From assembly GCA_043732485.1 (NCBI GenBank), contig JAYTHP010000196.1, positions 1-26,012 of the forward strand: a stretch of 26,012 nucleotides of DNA. Direction: 5' to 3'. The notes below the pieces were generated by a model, which saw only the letters and a program-made list of their open reading frames with translations, did no database searches and was not told the DNA's origin. Position numbers and translations under genes: made by a program. This stretch comes from Oligoflexia bacterium. GTDB lineage: Bacteria > Bdellovibrionota > UBA1018. Shown piece by piece: positions 1-8,677 of this stretch (positions are counted from its first letter, which is position 1; the number at the start of each line of letters is the position of its first letter).

Positions 1-635
1 TTGAGCGGCTGGGGGTCAAACTTGGTCAAATCTAACCCCAAAGTCACCACCTGCACTTTTTGGCAAGCGATGGCGTGAGTGGCAAGCACATTGGCACGCA
101 GAGCGTGACTCATGACCAGCAGAGCATCGACCCGTTGGTAAAGGAAAGCGTGCCAGCTGTTTTTTTTGAGATGCTGGTTCCAGATGTGCCGACTCACGAC
201 TAAGCCCACGCTTGGACATCCCCACAGTGCAGGCACCAGCCACTTTAACAACGAGGGCTGATGAGCGTGCACCAGGTTGACGCCAAAACGTCCAATCAGC
301 AGGTGGAGAGCGCGAATCATGGTTACCTGCCACCCCCAACCCGGATGGATGACCCCAAGCGACGACCCTAGAGAAGGCAACGAAGGCTGCGACGCACAGC
401 AAGCGGCCAAAAAAGGACTCCCAGCAAAGCCCATCCAGGTGACTTGTGCCGCTTCACCCTGCACAGGATCGCCAGTGCCAACCGCCGCTTGCTCTTGCAA
501 GGCCAAGACGTCCTGGGCTGCCACCTGCTCCAGCCCGCCCCAGGAATGTGATAAGCAGACCACGAGCACTTTGAGCTTGCCCGGTAAGGCAGGCGGCGCG
601 ACGCTTGGCAGGGAGACCGTTTGCCCATCACTCAT
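1..635 (-). CDS. Glycosyltransferase family 4 (GT-B), N-terminal domain; runs off the left edge (partial)
   Basis: Not in the ORF track. Manual translation from ATG 635 is open to the window edge: MSDGQTVSLP...KLKVLVVCLSHSWGGLEQVAAQDV...VNLVHAHQ...LVVSRH...VDALLVMSHALR...KVQVVTLGLDLTKFDP. It shows the GT4 pattern GGxE, (D/N)xVHxH, D-x-x-x-x-x-S and GxDxxxF. An in-frame TAG lies upstream, so 635 is the start. Confidence 0.88.
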   Translation of the reverse strand, partial: MSDGQTVSLPSVAPPALPGKLKVLVVCLSHSWGGLEQVAAQDVLALQEQAAVGTGDPVQGEAAQVTWMGFAGSPFLAACCASQPSLPSLGSSLGVIHPGWGWQVTMIRALHLLIGRFGVNLVHAHQPSLLKWLVPALWGCPSVGLVVSRHIWNQHLKKNSWHAFLYQRVDALLVMSHALRANVLATHAIACQKVQVVTLGLDLTKFDPQPL

Positions 636-648
636 ACTGCCCCCCGTC

Positions 649-678
649 CTTCCTGACTTCCTGCTTCTTGACTTCCTG
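649..678. repeat. 15-bp tandem duplication, 1 mismatch
   Basis: cttcctgacttcctg (649-663) followed by cttcttgacttcctg (664-678). Confidence 0.7.
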
Positions 679-762
679 CGGCACTACGCCCTCCGTCGCT
701 TCTGCCTGGGTGCTCTGATCTACGCGGTGTTTTTCCAAGCGTTTGCACGAAGCTTGACGCCG

Positions 763-1986
763 TCACTTGCTGAGCGCCCCGCAGGTGAGCTCCTGAAAGA
801 CGGTCTCAGCCGAGATGCCTTGCAAACAGCCCAGATACTGTGCGCCCATTTGTGCGCACTGGTTTTTCTGGCACGGCCAGCACTCGACTGGATTGAAATG
901 AATTTGCACCTTGCCTGGACCTAGCGGTGCCGTCTTCTTAGGCTCCCCTGCCCCCCAGATGAGATGCACCGGGGAGCCACACAGGGCTGCGACATGCGCC
1001 AGCCCCGAGTCATTGCACACGGTGAACTGCGCCTGACGAAAGACCTGCCAAAAGCCCGCCACTTCCCCTTGATGGGTTAAATCCAGCCAACGGATGTGAG
1101 TCTGTTGCATCAAGAGCGCTGCCAGTTTTTGCTCAGCCTGACCACCGACGATCACCACTCTGGGGGGCTGCACACCACGTTGTTCTGCCCGCTGGGTGAT
1201 TTTTTCCGTTAAACTTAAAAACTGCTCCCAAGACCAGCGGCGTGAGACGGCTGCAGCCCCAGGCGCCAGTACCCAATAAGGCTCGCTGGGTGGCACCAGC
1301 GGCACCGCCTGACTCCAGGCCTGCTCGACTGGAAAACTGAACACCGAAGGCGGGTCCTCGAGCGGCTGGATGGCTTGCCAGAAGTCTTGTGCTTTCTCTT
1401 GCACTTTCAAAGCAGTAGGCAACGCAGCCACCCGGCGGCTGCCCCCCGCTCCCACTAAAAGTCGCACATAACTCTCCGAGCGGTGTAAATAGCGTGCTGC
1501 CTTCAGCGGGATGGCCTGAGTGAGCAAGAAAGAGCGTAAATCGCTGGCATACCCCACCCGCGTGCGAACCCCTGCCCGCCACATCAGCCAGGCTGCTGAG
1601 AAGGACGGCGGTAAGACAAAGGAGAGATCCCAGGAGCCGTGACCTTTGAGGTCTTCTAGCAAGGCGGCCTCAGCCTGCCTCGCCTGGCGCCACCGCCCCA
1701 TCAGCGACAGTTCTTCTTGCTTCAGCTTTACAAGCCCTGATCGCGCAGGCCGCTTGAGAACGAAAACTTCTTGCACCAGGTGTCGGTACTGCAAGGAGGC
1801 CACCCACTCGGGGCACACCACCGCAATGTGCGCGTACGGGTAAGTCTGCCTTAAGAAATAAAAAAAAGGATAGGCCATCACCTGATCCCCGATCCAATTC
1901 GGGGAGCGCACGAGAATGCGCTGGACGGCAGGCCCGGAACTGACCGCTGCGGAAGGGGACATTTTTTTACTCTCCTGACTCATCAT
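763..1986 (-). CDS. waaF: LPS heptosyltransferase, GT9 family (WaaF-like)
   Basis: RILVRSPNWIGDQVM, PPSFSAA, RVGY, APGAA..RRW, CNDSGLAHVAA, CWPC..C..CL. Start placed at ATG 1986 or 1983; the track's GTG is 2001. Confidence 0.85.
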   Translation of the reverse strand: MMSQESKKMSPSAAVSSGPAVQRILVRSPNWIGDQVMAYPFFYFLRQTYPYAHIAVVCPEWVASLQYRHLVQEVFVLKRPARSGLVKLKQEELSLMGRWRQARQAEAALLEDLKGHGSWDLSFVLPPSFSAAWLMWRAGVRTRVGYASDLRSFLLTQAIPLKAARYLHRSESYVRLLVGAGGSRRVAALPTALKVQEKAQDFWQAIQPLEDPPSVFSFPVEQAWSQAVPLVPPSEPYWVLAPGAAAVSRRWSWEQFLSLTEKITQRAEQRGVQPPRVVIVGGQAEQKLAALLMQQTHIRWLDLTHQGEVAGFWQVFRQAQFTVCNDSGLAHVAALCGSPVHLIWGAGEPKKTAPLGPGKVQIHFNPVECWPCQKNQCAQMGAQYLGCLQGISAETVFQELTCGALSK

Positions 1987-2067
1987 TCCACCCACACCCA
2001 CTTGAACCTATTTTTTGCCGAGAGGACAGCTCTTTTTCTGCAAAACCTTAGCCGCAAGCTAACCCCC

Positions 2068-3360
2068 TCAAGACGCGGGAGCAGCGGGCTTTTGTCCGGG
2101 CTCAAGCGCTTTTAGCTCGACCACCACCACGCCCACCTTGATTTTTGCTTCCAACCGCAGGGGAAAACGCCGCTCATCGTTGCTCAGCCAGAGCAATCCA
2201 CCTTCATTTTTCTTCAACACCCCGTCGCGCAAGAAATCGGGATGAATCACAAAAGCCTCTTGTTCGCCCCAGGGGGTTTGCACCTTTTCTTGGCGTAACA
2301 CGGTGGCAATCACCTCCCAGAACTTACCTTCTGACACCACCGGGAAGCGAATCTCTTGACCGACCCGAAGGGGCAAGAAACGCAAATAATGCAAGGCTGA
2401 GAAATTATCCTGAGGACACTCCGGGATTGCCGCCTGTTCGCGGGTGTCTTTCACCGGCTGATTCTTCGGCTGCACGTGGTTCCAGTAATGGGTCAATTGC
2501 AAACGCGAGTCATGAAGCTCAATAGATTCGCGCAGTTGCTTGGACTCATTGAGGTTAATTTGAAAGCGATGGGAATACACCCCTTGCCAGTCGACAAACG
2601 ACTCGACTTGATCCTTAAAACGGTAAAAAAGACTAAAAAGCGCCGAGCTGAAGACCTGTCCCCACAAGTGGTAGACTTTGCGACCCCCTAACCGCTGAAA
2701 CGGCTTGACCTCAAGCGTGATTTCCCCACCGCTGATCCCAAAACAAGAAAAATTATAGGTCAGTTTCTCCCCCACCCAAAGCGGTGAGCCCCCGTCACGC
2801 GGCAACTGGCACGGATGAAACTCCCGCGCTCCCCCGCCCCCCCCAGTGGCAAAACCCGCCAGCTGAGCCGCGGCCGGTCGCAAGGGATGTAGCAAAGAAT
2901 CACGAGGACGATCGGTGTCGTGGCGGCGCAGCAGGGGCTTGAGGCGGCTGGGGGCGCTCACGGGGAGGTCGCGTTGCGCAGCTTCCAACAAAGAGTCAGA
3001 CGGCCCCCTCCCCAAGGTTCCTCCTACCGCCGCAGCCTTCTGCTCCTCTTTACGAGCCGATGCGACGTGAGAGGCGCTGCTGCCACGCCCTTCTTCTTCT
3101 TGCCAAGGTGCGGCGGTAAACCGGGCTTGCAGCTCAGATCCTCCCCCCGGCAGAGCTCCCAAAAAAGAGGTCCCACCCCAGTCGTGCTCGAATTGAGGAC
3201 CCGGTGCTAAAGAAGCCCCCAATAGCTGTGCAGGTGCAGGCGCAGAAGACGGCCACGAGGACGGGGACTGGGGTAAAACGGCGCCCGTCGTACAACCCCC
3301 CAACGCCAGTCCCAGCGACCATGACGACAACGACTGGCTTAGGCGTAGCCTCCTCGTCAT
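2068..3360 (-). CDS. DUF3108-like protein, probable lipoprotein with a long low-complexity linker
   Basis: C-terminal ~235 aa (GEKLTYNFSCFGISGGEITLEV...QDNFSALHYLR...EKVQTPWGEQEAF...LWLSNDERRFPLRLEAKIKVG) fits DUF3108 as I recall it. ATG 3360 gives MTRRLRLSQSLSSWSLGLALGG-C (lipobox) and removes the overlap with lpxL. Confidence 0.75.
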   Translation of the reverse strand: MTRRLRLSQSLSSWSLGLALGGCTTGAVLPQSPSSWPSSAPAPAQLLGASLAPGPQFEHDWGGTSFLGALPGGGSELQARFTAAPWQEEEGRGSSASHVASARKEEQKAAAVGGTLGRGPSDSLLEAAQRDLPVSAPSRLKPLLRRHDTDRPRDSLLHPLRPAAAQLAGFATGGGGGAREFHPCQLPRDGGSPLWVGEKLTYNFSCFGISGGEITLEVKPFQRLGGRKVYHLWGQVFSSALFSLFYRFKDQVESFVDWQGVYSHRFQINLNESKQLRESIELHDSRLQLTHYWNHVQPKNQPVKDTREQAAIPECPQDNFSALHYLRFLPLRVGQEIRFPVVSEGKFWEVIATVLRQEKVQTPWGEQEAFVIHPDFLRDGVLKKNEGGLLWLSNDERRFPLRLEAKIKVGVVVVELKALEPGQKPAAPAS

Positions 3361-3431
3361 CGACTTTGGGAGCTTTCGGTTAAGACTTGCAAACACATCC
3401 ACAAAACATCCTCCACCCCTCTGCCTTAAGC

Positions 3432-4421
3432 TTAAGAGATGACCGCAGGAAAGTCCATCGACTTCCTGACGCGCGGCTTCTCCCACTCGTCCGCGCGCAG
3501 TGGCGAGAGGTCGCCTTTAAAGCGTCGATGCGTCCAAAGCCATTGCTCGGGATGTGCCCGGATGTGGCGCTCCAAAATAGCGGCGTAAGCTGCGGTATTG
3601 ACTGCCAGTTCCCGGTGCAAATCTCCCTCACTGCTCCCGCTCCCCACCTTGATCCAAGCACAAGGCTTCTCAATCACTACCGCGAGGCGCCCATCCGGTT
3701 TGCGGTAATTACTCACCGGCAAGACCACCGCACCGGTTCTTTTAGCCAAGGTGGCTAGCGCCAAGGACGTCCCGACTGGCACACCAAAAAAAGGTACCCG
3801 CACACCCACTGGCGCTCCGGTGTACTGATCAAGCACGAAGCCCACCGCTTGGTTTTTTTTCAAAGCGCGCAAGACGTCTTTGATCGTCTTAGGCTCGTAA
3901 GTGGCACCCACCCCGTAACGGTTGCGCCCCTGCTCAATCCAAGCATGCAACCAGGAAGGCTTGAGCCGCTTGGTCACCATCAAAAGCGGCACCTTGCCCA
4001 GCACCGCGCCTACCGCCAGCATGATCTCCCAATTACCCAGATGGCTTGAGAGAAATAAAATCCCCTTACCTCCCACCTGAGCGCGCCGAATCTCCTCCCC
4101 GCCTTGCAAATCGCAATTTCGCGCAATCCAAGCAGGCATCGGACCCAGTACCAAGGGAATCTCAACGCAAAGGTGCCCTAAATGATCATAATTCTTCCGC
4201 AATAACTCCGCTTGCAAGCCAAGCTGTCCGGGAAAAGCCAGCGCAAGATTGTTGACCACCACCGACCGCCTGAAGGCTAAGCGGTAGGCCACCCAGCCAA
4301 AGATCCGCCCCCAAAAGCCTTGCAAAAAACGTGGCTGGAGATAGAAACAAAAAAGCGCTCCGCGCACCCCACGCAACGCTAAAGCCAGCAGGAAATGGCG
4401 CGGCGCATTGGTCGCTATCAT
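3432..4421 (-). CDS. lpxL: Lipid A late acyltransferase (LpxL/HtrB family)
   Basis: NNLALAFP, GKGILFLSSHLGNWE (HxxxxE), VGFVLDQ, VPFFG, PEQWLWTHRRFK. ATG 4421 overlaps the upstream TGA (ATGA) and has GGGGAG upstream. Confidence 0.9.
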   Translation of the reverse strand: MIATNAPRHFLLALALRGVRGALFCFYLQPRFLQGFWGRIFGWVAYRLAFRRSVVVNNLALAFPGQLGLQAELLRKNYDHLGHLCVEIPLVLGPMPAWIARNCDLQGGEEIRRAQVGGKGILFLSSHLGNWEIMLAVGAVLGKVPLLMVTKRLKPSWLHAWIEQGRNRYGVGATYEPKTIKDVLRALKKNQAVGFVLDQYTGAPVGVRVPFFGVPVGTSLALATLAKRTGAVVLPVSNYRKPDGRLAVVIEKPCAWIKVGSGSSEGDLHRELAVNTAAYAAILERHIRAHPEQWLWTHRRFKGDLSPLRADEWEKPRVRKSMDFPAVIS

Positions 4422-7063
4422 CTGCGCCGCTCCCCCGTCCATTGACCGCAATTGTTGCCGCCTTCGCCTTCGTTGTGACGCAAAGCATCCGGTGCGCGGT
4501 GGCCTTGCGCCGAACTTGCTGACTCAGCAATAGCGGTTGCAGAGTGCGGCAATTTTTCATCAAACGTCTTCACCTGGACATCTTCACCCCCACCGTCACC
4601 AGGCTCGCACCCCAACTCACCCCACAACAGCCGCTCCCAAACCGCCACCGCCTCCTCCTCTTGAAAATAAAGCTCAGGCTCAATCACCCACACCCGCGCG
4701 CGCACCGCCCCCTGCTCCTCCCACTTCACCCAATCCTTCCCGCTCACCGTCACCCTTGCTCCTACTCGCTCTGCAGCCTCACACCACTGGGCAATCTGGC
4801 TGCGCGTCACGGGCGCATGATCGGGTAAAAAAACTGTCTGCGCAATCGTGCAGCCTAGGGCGTCTAAAAAATCCACCACCCGCTGGGGCTGAGCAATCCC
4901 CAACACCAACCATAAGGGTAGCTCAGGCCGCGTCATCTGGCTGGCCGCCGCTAACCGGGTGTAAGCCTGCAGCTGAGGCGTGTCACCGATGAACGGCTGC
5001 ACCGCTTCTCGAAGCTCTGAGGCTACGCCCACTTGCGTCCAGACCACAAGCTGGCAGTACCTGAGGACGCTATAAAAATCACGAAACAACACCTTGCCAA
5101 CACAACCACTCCTCCTACCACCTCGCTGCGCGTGGGTTAAGGCTACCACTTCGAGATCTTTATGAATTCGCCAGTGCTGCAGGCCATCATCGAGAATCAC
5201 CAGATCAATGCGTGGGCTTTGCCCACCTAACGAGCGCGTCGCAAGGAAACGCACCGCCTGATGAAATTGCCGGACTCGGTCAGCCCCGACTGCAACCACA
5301 GCTTGCGGACAGAGTTGATGCAACAGCACGGGCTCATCGCCTGCAAGCTGGGGTGACACTTCGGGCAATCCTGGACCGAGCAAGCCGCCGCAAGCGTCAT
5401 CAACGTTACTGCCCGCCCACCACGCCCTCCCCCAGCGCCCGCTCCGCCCCCACACTCCACCAAACCCGCGAGTGAGAATGATCACCTGCAAGCCGCGCGC
5501 TGCGGCTTCGCAGGCAATCTTCGCCACCAAGGGCGTTTTGCCACTGCCCCCGCTTTGCAGATTCCCGACACTCACCACCCGGCCAACCCCCGGCAGCACC
5601 TTGCCCTTCAGTACGCCACGGCTGAGCAGCCAGCGCACCCACCACGAGGCACTGGACCACAAAAATGACCCGACGAGGGTGGCCACGGCTGGCCCTTTTT
5701 TGACCCCCTGGCTTCCGGTTTGCCATCGGACTTCTGCTGCCTTCGCAAGGACCTGGGTTGCTAAAAAAAGACTCGGACTTCCGCGCTCTTCACCTGCTTG
5801 AGGCGGCACTTGCAACAGTGCCAGGCGTAAAGTCTGAAAATACTCGCGCTGCCTTGCTCGCGCTGGCTCGCTCTCCAGCAGCTGAATCAGCTCGCCCGTC
5901 AACCGCGCCTCCGTCACCTCATGCATTAAAATCTCAGGAATCGCAGGCAGCCCTAACCCCTGGCCAGGGAGCAGGGCCTGGCTTGATACCCCTGCGGTCT
6001 TTGGTAACGTCGTCACTGCGACTAGATGCGGTCCGTTGACTGCTAGATTGACCAGCCCGACCGGCCCACGGTAACGCACCAGGTGACGGAAAAGCCATCC
6101 TGTCAAGCGACTCGGACGATAGACCACGCAGTGCGGTAGATCCAAGACTCCCGCTTCAAGCGTTGCCGTGCCCGATTTGATCAGCCCGCACTCAGCGGCA
6201 CGCAAGCAATCAGCGGCATTTCCGACACTTGGCACGAGCCTCACCGTCGCTTGATACCGCTCTTGCAGGCGTTGGATGGCTGGCAAAGCTGCTTGTTGTT
6301 GCGCGCGAGTTGCAAACGGCAACAACACCACCGCCTCCTGTTGGAGCTTCCCCATTGCTCCTGCCACCGCAGCCACCATCACCTCTAAATGGGCCTTCAG
6401 CTCAGCCGGACGACTCCCGGCCATCAAGACCACCCAGCGACACTGCGCAGACGGCTGAGGGAGTGAGGCGAGCGACGCCTGCGCCTCAGCCCGGGTGCGC
6501 GCCAGATCGAGCTCATCCACGAGCGGGTTTCCGACATAAGTCACCTTGCTCAGCCCAAGTTTTTGATAAAAAGCCACTTCAAAAGGAAATATACAAAACA
6601 AGTGCTGAAAGTAACGCTGCAAGAACCGCACTCGACCGGTCCGCCAGATCCAGGTTTTTGGCGGAATGTAGCAAAACACCGGGATATGGAGTTTTTTCAG
6701 GCGCTTGGCTAAGCGAAAGTGAAATTCCGGGTAATCGACCAAAACGGCAAAATCAGGGCGACGCTCGCGCGCGGCTTTTTCCAGCGCCTCTAACGCCCGA
6801 AAAATCCGGGGGAGGGCACCGAACACTTCCGTCGAGCCCATCACCGCAAGCAGAGCACTGCTTTTTGCTTGACCCCGCCCACCGACCACCGACTCAAGCC
6901 CTGCGGCCTGCAAATGCTCCCCACCCATGCCAAAAGCGGTGAGCGTGCCTGGCCGTAACGACTGCAAAGCCCTCAGCAGCTCGGCTGCATGCTGATCGCC
7001 TGAAGCCTCGCCGGCGGAGATCAGACAACACTCATGGAAACTGTGGCGGGTGACTCGTGGCAC
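4418..7063 (-). CDS. lpxB-lpxK: Fused lipid-A-disaccharide synthase (LpxB, ~aa 1-440) and tetraacyldisaccharide 4'-kinase (LpxK, ~aa 455-815)
   Basis: LpxB motifs: ISAGEASGDQH, LVDYPEFH, YIPPKTWIWR, IFPFE, GNPLVD, AGSRPAE, SGTATLE, GLVN. LpxK motifs: VVSVGNLQSGGSGKTP, LTRGFG, GDEP, GADR, ILDDGLQH, GIAQP, LPDH, SGKDWVK. No stop between them. GTG start 8 nt after the lpxA stop, with AAGGGG upstream. Confidence 0.9.
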   Translation of the reverse strand: MPRVTRHSFHECCLISAGEASGDQHAAELLRALQSLRPGTLTAFGMGGEHLQAAGLESVVGGRGQAKSSALLAVMGSTEVFGALPRIFRALEALEKAARERRPDFAVLVDYPEFHFRLAKRLKKLHIPVFCYIPPKTWIWRTGRVRFLQRYFQHLFCIFPFEVAFYQKLGLSKVTYVGNPLVDELDLARTRAEAQASLASLPQPSAQCRWVVLMAGSRPAELKAHLEVMVAAVAGAMGKLQQEAVVLLPFATRAQQQAALPAIQRLQERYQATVRLVPSVGNAADCLRAAECGLIKSGTATLEAGVLDLPHCVVYRPSRLTGWLFRHLVRYRGPVGLVNLAVNGPHLVAVTTLPKTAGVSSQALLPGQGLGLPAIPEILMHEVTEARLTGELIQLLESEPARARQREYFQTLRLALLQVPPQAGEERGSPSLFLATQVLAKAAEVRWQTGSQGVKKGPAVATLVGSFLWSSASWWVRWLLSRGVLKGKVLPGVGRVVSVGNLQSGGSGKTPLVAKIACEAAARGLQVIILTRGFGGVWGRSGRWGRAWWAGSNVDDACGGLLGPGLPEVSPQLAGDEPVLLHQLCPQAVVAVGADRVRQFHQAVRFLATRSLGGQSPRIDLVILDDGLQHWRIHKDLEVVALTHAQRGGRRSGCVGKVLFRDFYSVLRYCQLVVWTQVGVASELREAVQPFIGDTPQLQAYTRLAAASQMTRPELPLWLVLGIAQPQRVVDFLDALGCTIAQTVFLPDHAPVTRSQIAQWCEAAERVGARVTVSGKDWVKWEEQGAVRARVWVIEPELYFQEEEAVAVWERLLWGELGCEPGDGGGEDVQVKTFDEKLPHSATAIAESASSAQGHRAPDALRHNEGEGGNNCGQWTGERRR

Positions 7064-7071
7064 TTTTCCCC

Positions 7072-7845
7072 TTACTTGACGACGCCAGCCTCACTACTGC
7101 GAATAAATTGCACCAGCTGCTGCACCTCAGGCACCCCACTCCACTGGCTTTCCATGCTGACTAAACACTTTTCCTTCGTCAGCTCCGACTTACTCCAAAA
7201 CTTAATCGCTTCATTGATTTTCTGGATGCGCTCCACCGCAAAGCCGCGGCGCTTCAGCCCCACAATATTCGCACCCTTTAATAGGCAAGGTCTGCCCCCC
7301 AAGGCCACACTAAACGGTGGAATGTCTTTTTCAATCCCCGACTGCCCGCCAATGTAGGAGTAGGCACCGAGCCGCACGAACTGCGAGATCCCGCACATCC
7401 CACCGACCGTCACGTAATCTTCCAAGATCACGTGCCCAGCCAGGCCGCCGTAATTGGCAATAATACAATGATTACCAATCACACAGTCATGCCCTAAATG
7501 AGTATAGGCCATGATCAAACACTCATCGCCCACCGCTGTGACCCCGCCGCCGCCTACCGTGCCGAGGTTCATCGTTACCCCTTCTCGAATCACATTTTTG
7601 CTTCCTAGGGTGAGACGCGTCGGCTCGCCCTTGTACTTAAGATCCTGCGGGATTGCGCCTAAGCTACAAAACGGAAACACCACGTTGTCTGGGCCTAACT
7701 CCGTCCAGCCCTCAATAATCACGTGGCTGCGGATTTGGCAGCGCTCCGCGATCTTCACATGGGGTCCGATGATCGTCCAAGCGCCTATCTCAACGGACGG
7801 ATCAATCTGAGCATCGGGATGGATCTGGGCAGTGGGATGGATCAT
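7072..7845 (-). CDS. lpxA: Acyl-ACP--UDP-GlcNAc O-acyltransferase
   Basis: MIHPTAQIHP start with AAGGA SD upstream of ATG 7845; hexapeptide repeats, PQDLKYKGE, HLGHDC, LAGHV, KDIPPF, NIVGLKRRGF. Confidence 0.96.
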   Translation of the reverse strand: MIHPTAQIHPDAQIDPSVEIGAWTIIGPHVKIAERCQIRSHVIIEGWTELGPDNVVFPFCSLGAIPQDLKYKGEPTRLTLGSKNVIREGVTMNLGTVGGGGVTAVGDECLIMAYTHLGHDCVIGNHCIIANYGGLAGHVILEDYVTVGGMCGISQFVRLGAYSYIGGQSGIEKDIPPFSVALGGRPCLLKGANIVGLKRRGFAVERIQKINEAIKFWSKSELTKEKCLVSMESQWSGVPEVQQLVQFIRSSEAGVVK

Positions 7846-7953
7846 GAAAACGGTCCTTTCAAAAAAAACCAGGTCAAAAAAACTCAGACCTTCCAAGTCT
7901 GTCACGCCTAGGCTTCAGCCAGCGCCAGTCGAGTCGGCTAGCGGCTTGGGTGC

Positions 7954-8481
7954 TTAAGCCCTGTTTTGCAACGTCGCCAGATTAGAGATTAAATTAGCCA
8001 AGATCTCAGCCTCTGCCACCTTCTGCCCCGCGACCAGCACCTTGCACTGAAACGCCCACAACTTGCCACGACAACGCACCACTTCCGTTTCAATCCGCAG
8101 CTGATCTCCCGGCACCACAGGCTTACGAAAGCGCGCATGATCCACCCCCGCCAGCACGCAAGCAAAATCCTTGAGATCGGCCTCCTGATGCAAAGCAAAA
8201 CTCGGGTAAACCGAAAAACTAGCCGTCTGCGCCATCGCCTCTAAAATCAGCACCCCCGGCATGATGGCAAACTCCGGAAAATGTCCTTGAAAAAAAGGCT
8301 CATTGTAACTTACATTCTTTAAAGCCACCACCTGAGTACCGACCTTGGCACTAGGCGGAGCAGCATCTTGCTCTCCCACCGGATTAATCTTTAAAACGCG
8401 GTCAATCAGTAAAAAAGGCTGACGGTGCGGTAAAAACTTGCGAACTTGATCAATATTGAGCGCGTACTTTTCTGTTTCCAT
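7954..8481 (-). CDS. fabZ: 3-hydroxyacyl-ACP dehydratase
   Basis: LPHRQPFLLIDRV, KNVSYNEPFFQGHFP..MPGVLILEAMAQ, ARFRKPVVPGDQL. Confidence 0.96.
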   Translation of the reverse strand: METEKYALNIDQVRKFLPHRQPFLLIDRVLKINPVGEQDAAPPSAKVGTQVVALKNVSYNEPFFQGHFPEFAIMPGVLILEAMAQTASFSVYPSFALHQEADLKDFACVLAGVDHARFRKPVVPGDQLRIETEVVRCRGKLWAFQCKVLVAGQKVAEAEILANLISNLATLQNRA

Positions 8482-8596
8482 AATTTTTTTTAACTGGCGA
8501 GGCCTCAGACGTCTTCAGCGCTCTTTTTTGTCTTTCTTCAGTGAGACGAAATTTTTTCTCCCCTTCCCCACAACACTCCTGCACACCACTGACTCT

Positions 8597-8624
8597 CTAC
8601 CTACCTACCTAACTAGCTGCCTGC
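8597..8624. repeat. Decaying 4-bp tandem repeat in the lpxD-fabZ spacer
   Basis: ctac ctac ctac ctaa ctag ctgc ctgc. Confidence 0.5.
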
Positions 8625-8677
8625 TAGGCCACCAAAACTCTCCCAAATTGGGTCGAACCCGCTTTTCCGGCTCTCAC

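Noticed and set aside
16..924. Track ORFs 16..402(-), 277..924(+) and 368..631(-)
   Set aside because: They are alternative-frame or antisense shadows of the GT4 gene (start 635) and the end of waaF, with no recognisable motifs.
5406..5726. ATG-initiated minus-strand ORF at the LpxB/LpxK junction as a separate lpxK start
   Set aside because: It is out of frame with the LpxK motifs and stops after 106 aa without any kinase motif.
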